From contig NZ_JAQVEJ010000001.1 of the NCBI RefSeq assembly GCF_028698005.1, positions 1 to 60,236 on the forward strand: a stretch of DNA of 60,236 nt, in the 5' to 3' direction. Each line of letters starts with the position of its first letter. Position 1 is the stretch's first letter. The position numbers were made by a program, and so were the translations under genes. The stretch comes from Hydrogenophaga sp. (GTDB taxonomy: Bacteria; Pseudomonadota; Gammaproteobacteria; Burkholderiales; Burkholderiaceae_C). Under the pieces are notes generated by a model. The model was not told the origin of the DNA, did not search any database, and saw only the letters and a list, made by a program, of their open reading frames with translations. Shown here piece after piece: positions 55,221-60,236 of the stretch.

Positions 55221-55304
55221 AATATGAGGCTCAGTTGGGATTCGATGGAATCCAGCGACAGTTTCGGTCGGTTGTCTGGCGCAAGCCGCACAATCGACCT
55301 GCGT

Positions 55305-55381
55305 AGGGGAGTCGCCAAGTTGGTCAAGGCACCGGATTTTGATTCCGGCATGCGAGGGTTCGAGTCCTTCCTCCCCTGCCA
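55305..55381 (+). tRNA. tRNA-Gln(TTG)
   Basis: AGGGGAGTCGCCAAGTTGGTCAAGGCACCGGATTTTGATTCCGGCATGCGAGGGTTCGAGTCCTTCCTCCCCTGCCA. Confidence 0.96.
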
Positions 55382-55405
55382 AACCCATTGAAAAAAGCCA
55401 GAGAG

Positions 55406-55441
55406 AGGCCGCGAGACGGAACGTTGAGCGGCCTATTTTTT
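55406..55441 (+). terminator. Terminator/attenuator between tRNA-Gln and prs
   Basis: AGGCCGC...GCGGCCT followed by ATTTTTT. Confidence 0.6.
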
Positions 55442-55475
55442 ATTGTTCGTTGAAGAAGCCGCCGGGGACCACGCC

Positions 55476-56468
55476 ATGCCAGCCGGAAACACCACCAACG
55501 CCCAAACGCCGGATTTCATGATCTTCACCGGCAACGCCAACCCGGTGCTGGCCTCCGAGATCGCCCAGCACCTGAACATCCAGTTGGGTTCGGCGAATGT
55601 CGGCCGCTTCTCCGACGGCGAGGTCACCGTCGAGATCACCCAGAACGTGCGCACCCGCCACGTGTTCGTGATCCAGTCGACCTGTGCCCCCACGAACGAC
55701 AACCTGATGGAGCTGCTCATCATGGTCGACGCGCTCAAGCGCGCCTCGGCCGAGCGCATCTCCGCCGTGATCCCCTACTACGGCTACGCCCGCCAGGACC
55801 GCCGTCCGCGTTCCAGCCGCGTGCCGATCTCGGCCAAGGTCGTGGCCAACATGCTGCAGACCGTGGGCGTGGACCGCGTGCTCACCATGGACCTGCACGC
55901 CGACCAGATCCAGGGCTTCTTCGACATCCCGGTCGACAACATCTACGCCTCGCCCGTGCTGCTGGGCGATCTGCGCCAGAAGAACTACCCCGACCTGCTG
56001 GTGGTCTCGCCCGACGTCGGTGGCGTGGTGCGCGCCCGTGCGCTGGCCAAGCAGCTCGGCTGCGACATGGCCATCATCGACAAGCGCCGTCCGAAGCCGA
56101 ACGTCTCCGAGGTCATGCACGTCATCGGTGACATCGAGGGCCGCAACTGCGTGGTCATGGACGACATGATCGACACCGCCGGCACGCTGGTGAAGGCGGC
56201 CGAGGTCCTGAAGGAACGCGGCGCCAAGAGCGTGCACGCCTATTGCACGCACCCGATCTTCTCGGGCCCCGCCATCGACCGCATCGCCAAGGGCGACGCC
56301 CTGGACGAAGTGGTCGTGACCAACACCATTCCCCTGTCGCAGGCGGCCCAGGCCTGCGGCAAGATCCGCCAGCTCTCGGTGGCGCCGCTGATCGCCGAAA
56401 CGATCGCGCGCATCGCCTCCGGCGAGTCGGTCATGAGTTTGTTTGCCGACCAGAACACCCTGTTCTGA
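55476..56468 (+). CDS. prs: Ribose-phosphate pyrophosphokinase
   Basis: [41 protein letters not shown]. Confidence 0.97.
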   Translation: MPAGNTTNAQTPDFMIFTGNANPVLASEIAQHLNIQLGSANVGRFSDGEVTVEITQNVRTRHVFVIQSTCAPTNDNLMELLIMVDALKRASAERISAVIPYYGYARQDRRPRSSRVPISAKVVANMLQTVGVDRVLTMDLHADQIQGFFDIPVDNIYASPVLLGDLRQKNYPDLLVVSPDVGGVVRARALAKQLGCDMAIIDKRRPKPNVSEVMHVIGDIEGRNCVVMDDMIDTAGTLVKAAEVLKERGAKSVHAYCTHPIFSGPAIDRIAKGDALDEVVVTNTIPLSQAAQACGKIRQLSVAPLIAETIARIASGESVMSLFADQNTLF

Positions 56469-56558
56469 CGGCTGCAAGAGCCGGCCGCGTCATTCCCGAC
56501 ACGGCCTTTTTTGAAACCGAGGCGTTCTGGTCGCGGAACCCCTCAACAGGAGTCAGTC

Positions 56559-57185
56559 ATGCAATTCGTCGCTTTTGAGCGCGCCAAGCAGGGTACGGGT
56601 GCGAGCCGCCGCCTGCGCAACACCGGCCGTGCGCCCGGCATCGTCTTCGGTGGCAACGCCGCCCCCACCACGATCGAACTCGATCACAACGCCCTGTGGC
56701 ACGCCCTGAAGAAGGAAGCCTTCCACGCCTCCATCCTCGACATGGAGCTGGGCGGCAAGGTCGAGAAGGTCCTGCTGCGCGATGTGCAGTACCACCCGTT
56801 CAAGCCCCTGGTCCTGCACGTGGACTTCCAGCGCGTGGACGAAAAGACCCGCCTGCGCAAGAAGGTGCCGCTGCACTTCGTGGGCGCCGAAGAGTCGCCG
56901 GCCGTCAAGAACGACAAGTGCCTGGTCAACCACGTGCTGACCGAGATCGAAATCGAGTGCCTGGCCACGCAACTGCCCGAGCACATCGAGGTCGACCTGT
57001 CCAAGGTGGAAAAGGGTGCCACGATCCACACCAGCGACCTCAAGCTGCCCAATAGCGTGAAGATCGTGACCCATGGCCGCAAGGACATCACGATCGCCAC
57101 CGTGGTCGAGCCGGTCGAGGAAGTGATCGTCACCCAGACGGCCGCCCCTGCCGACGACAAGAAGGGCAAGAAGGGCAAGAAGTAA
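56559..57185 (+). CDS. rplY: 50S ribosomal protein L25 / general stress protein Ctc
   Basis: [21 protein letters not shown]; SD AGGAG; leader contains TGGTCGC. Confidence 0.96.
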   Translation: MQFVAFERAKQGTGASRRLRNTGRAPGIVFGGNAAPTTIELDHNALWHALKKEAFHASILDMELGGKVEKVLLRDVQYHPFKPLVLHVDFQRVDEKTRLRKKVPLHFVGAEESPAVKNDKCLVNHVLTEIEIECLATQLPEHIEVDLSKVEKGATIHTSDLKLPNSVKIVTHGRKDITIATVVEPVEEVIVTQTAAPADDKKGKKGKK

Positions 57186-57204
57186 TTCGGCCCCTTCATG
57201 CGCC

Positions 57205-57230
57205 AAAGGCCCGCAGTCGCGGGCCTTTTT
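57205..57230 (+). terminator. Intrinsic terminator after rplY
   Basis: AAAGGCCCGC-AGTC-GCGGGCCTTTTT. Confidence 0.85.
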
Positions 57231-57258
57231 CGTTTCGGCCACAGCGATAATCCTGCAG

Positions 57259-57906
57259 ATGATCAGACTGATAGCGGGCCTGGGCAACCCCGGCCCCGAG
57301 TACGAGCAGACCCGGCACAATGCCGGCTTCTGGTGGGTCGACGAGGCGGCACGCCAGTTGGGCGTGTCCCTGCAAATGGAACGTGGCCACTTTGGTCTGC
57401 TGGGCCGCACGAACGTGCGCGGCCAGAACCTGTGGCTGCTCGAGCCGCAGACCTACATGAACCGTTCGGGTCAGGCCGTGGCCTCGGTGGCGCGATTTTT
57501 CAAGATCGCCCCGGAGGAGATCCTGGTCGTGCACGACGAGCTCGACCTGCCACCCGGCGAAGCCAAGCTCAAGAAGGGAGGCGGGCACGCCGGTCACAAT
57601 GGTCTGCGCGACATCCACGCGCAGCTGGGCAGCCCCGACTACTGGCGCCTGCGCATCGGCATCGGCCATCCGGGCAACCGCAACGAAGTGGCCAACTGGG
57701 TGCTCAGGAAGCCCTCGCCCGACGACCGCATCGCCATCACCCAGGCCATGGACCGCTGCCTCAAGGCGCTGCCCGACCTGATCGCGGGCGAGATGAACAA
57801 GGCCACGGCACTCATCCACACGAGCAAGCCGCCGCGCCCCAAGCCACCGAAGAAGCCGGCCACTCCTGCGGTGGATGCGCCTCAGGTGCCTGACACCGGC
57901 GCCTGA
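57259..57906 (+). CDS. pth: Peptidyl-tRNA hydrolase
   Basis: GLGNPG, TRHNAGF, PQTYMN.SG, HDELD, GHNGLR, RLRIGIG. Confidence 0.97.
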   Translation: MIRLIAGLGNPGPEYEQTRHNAGFWWVDEAARQLGVSLQMERGHFGLLGRTNVRGQNLWLLEPQTYMNRSGQAVASVARFFKIAPEEILVVHDELDLPPGEAKLKKGGGHAGHNGLRDIHAQLGSPDYWRLRIGIGHPGNRNEVANWVLRKPSPDDRIAITQAMDRCLKALPDLIAGEMNKATALIHTSKPPRPKPPKKPATPAVDAPQVPDTGA

Positions 57907-58154
57907 CCGGAGCGCTGCAGACGCAGGTACTTTTCCATCAGCGTCTCGCGGCTCTCGACACGATCCGGGTTCACGGGAATGCACTCGACCGGGCAGACCT
58001 GCACGCACTGCGGCTCATCGAAGTGGCCGACGCACTCGGTGCAGCGGTCCGGATCGATCCGGTAGTGGTCCTCGCCCATCGAGATGGCCTCGTTGGGGCA
58101 CTCGGGTTCGCAGACGTCGCAGTTGATGCATTCGTCGGTGATCATCAGGGCCAT
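57882..58154 (-). CDS. YfhL-family 2x[4Fe-4S] ferredoxin
   Basis: [21 protein letters not shown]...[17 protein letters not shown]. Confidence 0.93.
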   Translation of the reverse strand: MALMITDECINCDVCEPECPNEAISMGEDHYRIDPDRCTECVGHFDEPQCVQVCPVECIPVNPDRVESRETLMEKYLRLQRSGQAPVSGT

Positions 58155-58171
58155 GGCGCTCCCCTCTCCCC

Positions 58172-58690
58172 TCAGGCCTGCACCGGCGCGCGCTGCAGGC
58201 GCGCCACCACCGCCGGGCTGACCATCTGCGAGACATCGCCGCCGAGTGCGGCGATCTCGCGCACCAGGGTGCTGGAGATGCACTGCCGGTCGGCCTGCGG
58301 CAGCAGAAAGACAGTTTCGACCTGCGGATTGAGCTTGCGGTTCATCGCCGCCATCTGGGCTTCGTAGTCGAAATCCGTCATGTTGCGGATACCGCGCACG
58401 ACCGCGCTGGCGCCATGCTCGCGGCAGAAGTCCATGATCAGGCCCTCGAACGGCAGGACCCGGACCCGGCCACCGACGTCGGCCAGCGCCTCCTGTGCCA
58501 TGTCGATGCGCTCGGATAGCGTGAAACGTGTCTTCTTGTGGTGTGCAATGGCCACCGCGATGATCAGTTCGTCGAACAGACCCGCCGCGCGGCGCACCAC
58601 ATCCTCATGACCGAGGGTGATGGGATCGAAAGTGCCGCTGTACACGGCCACACGGGGCCCCTGCGGGGAGCGAAGAGGTTCGGCACTCAT
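58172..58690 (-). CDS. coaD: Phosphopantetheine adenylyltransferase
   Basis: YSGTFDPITLGH, VRGIR..DFDYE, ISSTLVREIA. Confidence 0.96.
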   Translation of the reverse strand: MSAEPLRSPQGPRVAVYSGTFDPITLGHEDVVRRAAGLFDELIIAVAIAHHKKTRFTLSERIDMAQEALADVGGRVRVLPFEGLIMDFCREHGASAVVRGIRNMTDFDYEAQMAAMNRKLNPQVETVFLLPQADRQCISSTLVREIAALGGDVSQMVSPAVVARLQRAPVQA

Positions 58691-58723
58691 GCCCCGATTA
58701 TGCGCGAGGCCTCCACCGCGGAC

Positions 58724-59374
58724 TCAGTCGGGCGGCAATAGCCGCAACAGGTGAAAGGCGACCTGCCCCGCCCTGCCCCGGCGGTGCGCCTGCAGGCCCA
58801 GCTGCGCCAGTTCGTCGTCGCTCCAGGGATGCGGCGCCTCCAGATAGACCAGCCCGTCGGCATGGACGGCCTGGCGAGCAGCCTGCAGCGCCTGCCGGAA
58901 CAGCGCCTCGTTGGCATCGCCCTCACCGAACGGCGGGTCCAGAAAGACGATGTCCAGACCCGCACCCTGGCGCTGGCGCAGCGCCGAGACGGCATCGCCC
59001 CGCTGCACCGTGACCACGTCCCCGCCCTGGAGACGCTCCACCATGGCCGCGAGGCCTCGGGCCAGGGTCGGGTCCTGCTCGACCAGCAGCACCGCCGAGG
59101 CGCCGCGCGAGGCCGCCTCCAGCCCCAGGGCACCGGTACCGGCAAAGGCGTCCACGCAGCGCCAGCCCGACAGGTCCTGACCCAGCCAGTTGAACAGCGT
59201 CTCGCGCACCCGCGCCGGTGTGGGCCGCAGGCCCGGCAGGTCCTTGACCACCAGCGGCGTGCGTTTCCAGCGGCCGCCAATGATGCGCACCTCCTGCGGC
59301 GCCGCCGCATGACGGGTGGGACGGATGGCATCCCGGCGAGGAGATTTCACAGCTTTCTGGCTGGCCACGGGCAT
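58724..59374 (-). CDS. rsmD: 16S rRNA m2G966 methyltransferase
   Basis: VRIIGG.W, LRPT..RVRETLFNWL, FAGTGALG.EA.SRGA, FLDPPF. Confidence 0.95.
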   Translation of the reverse strand: MPVASQKAVKSPRRDAIRPTRHAAAPQEVRIIGGRWKRTPLVVKDLPGLRPTPARVRETLFNWLGQDLSGWRCVDAFAGTGALGLEAASRGASAVLLVEQDPTLARGLAAMVERLQGGDVVTVQRGDAVSALRQRQGAGLDIVFLDPPFGEGDANEALFRQALQAARQAVHADGLVYLEAPHPWSDDELAQLGLQAHRRGRAGQVAFHLLRLLPPD

Positions 59375-59376
59375 CC

Positions 59377-60236
59377 TCAGCGCACCTGCATGCGCACCGC
59401 GCTGCCCGTGTCGGCTGCCGCCAGCTCGCCAATCTCGGCCGCGGCCTCGAAGCCGTGACGACGGAACACCGCCAGCACCTCGTCCACGGCCTCGGGTGCG
59501 CAGGACACCAGCAGGCCGCCGCTGGTCTGGGGATCGGTCAGCAGCGCCCGGTCCACCGGGTCCAGGTGCCCGGCCAGCTCGACCTCGTGGCCGTAGGCGG
59601 TCCAGTTGCGACCGCTCGCGCCCGTCACCAGGCCCTGCGCGGCCAGGTCGCGCGTGCCGTCGATGAGCGGCACGCGCGCCATCTCGATGCGCGCCGTCAG
59701 GCCACTGCCGCGCGCCATTTCCAGGCCATGACCCGCCAGGCCGAAACCGGTGACGTCGGTCATCGCGTGCACGCCGGCCAGCGCCGCCAGCTCGGGGCCG
59801 GGGGTGTTCAGGCGCGTGGTGTGGCCGATCATCTGCGCGTAGCCGTCCGCATCGAGCTTGTCCTTCTTGAGGGCGGCCGAGAGCACGCCCACGCCCAGCG
59901 GCTTGCCGAGCACCAGGCGGTCGCCCGGCTTCGCATCGGCATTGCGCTTGACACGGTCCGGATGCACCAGGCCCAACGCCACCAGGCCATAGATGGCCTC
60001 GACCGAATCGATGGTGTGGCCACCGGCCACCGGGATACCGGCCGCACGGCACACGCTCTGGCCGCCTTCCAGAATGCGGCCGATGGTGCTGTGGCTGAGC
60101 ACGTTGATGGGCATGCCAACGAGGGCCAGCGCCATGATGGGGGTGCCGCCCATGGCGTAGACGTCGCTGATGGCGTTGGTGGCGGCGATGCGGCCAAAGT
60201 CGAACGGGTCGTCGACGATGGGCATGAAGAAATCGG
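59377..60236 (-). CDS. selD: Selenide, water dikinase (N-terminus outside the window)
   Basis: DFFMPIVDDPFDFGRIAATNAISDVYAMGG, GGHTI, TDVTGFGL.GH, DPQTSGGLL. Confidence 0.95.
   Translation of the reverse strand, partial: DFFMPIVDDPFDFGRIAATNAISDVYAMGGTPIMALALVGMPINVLSHSTIGRILEGGQSVCRAAGIPVAGGHTIDSVEAIYGLVALGLVHPDRVKRNADAKPGDRLVLGKPLGVGVLSAALKKDKLDADGYAQMIGHTTRLNTPGPELAALAGVHAMTDVTGFGLAGHGLEMARGSGLTARIEMARVPLIDGTRDLAAQGLVTGASGRNWTAYGHEVELAGHLDPVDRALLTDPQTSGGLLVSCAPEAVDEVLAVFRRHGFEAAAEIGELAAADTGSAVRMQVR

Noticed and set aside
57882-57906. 25-nt convergent overlap of pth and the ferredoxin gene
   Set aside because: Involves only low-complexity C-terminal tails; common in GC-rich genomes

Overview
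High-GC chromosomal window from a betaproteobacterium; gene order and protein style suggest Burkholderiales/Comamonadaceae (inference). It is mostly core housekeeping genes: serS, ispH, metG, spoT, hrcA-nadK-recN, mutM/mutY, lolB-ispE-tRNA-Gln-prs-rplY-pth, rsmD-coaD, selD and three tRNAs. Embedded metabolic modules are an NAD-dependent formate dehydrogenase operon fdsGBACD with divergent fdsR, an aerobic benzoyl-CoA epoxidation (box) cluster with visible TGCA-N6-TGCA operators, and a TRAP transporter. No integrase, transposase, prophage or CRISPR array was recognised. The best candidate for an undescribed system is a three-gene block after metG: a DUF1275/YoaK membrane protein with an internal two-fold repeat, a SulP/STAS anion transporter, and a 360-aa protein resembling carboxysomal carbonic anhydrase CsoSCA, with no carboxysome or RuBisCO genes in the window. 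This suggests a stand-alone inorganic-carbon/anion module. Other leads are a hemerythrin translationally coupled to nadC between two tRNAs, a DksA-like paralog lacking the acidic tip next to a truncated haemoglobin, a dynamin-like GTPase between mutM and mutY, and a window-wide pattern of -10 boxes 6-7 nt before start codons (possible leaderless mRNAs). All family calls come from motif recognition, not database searches.
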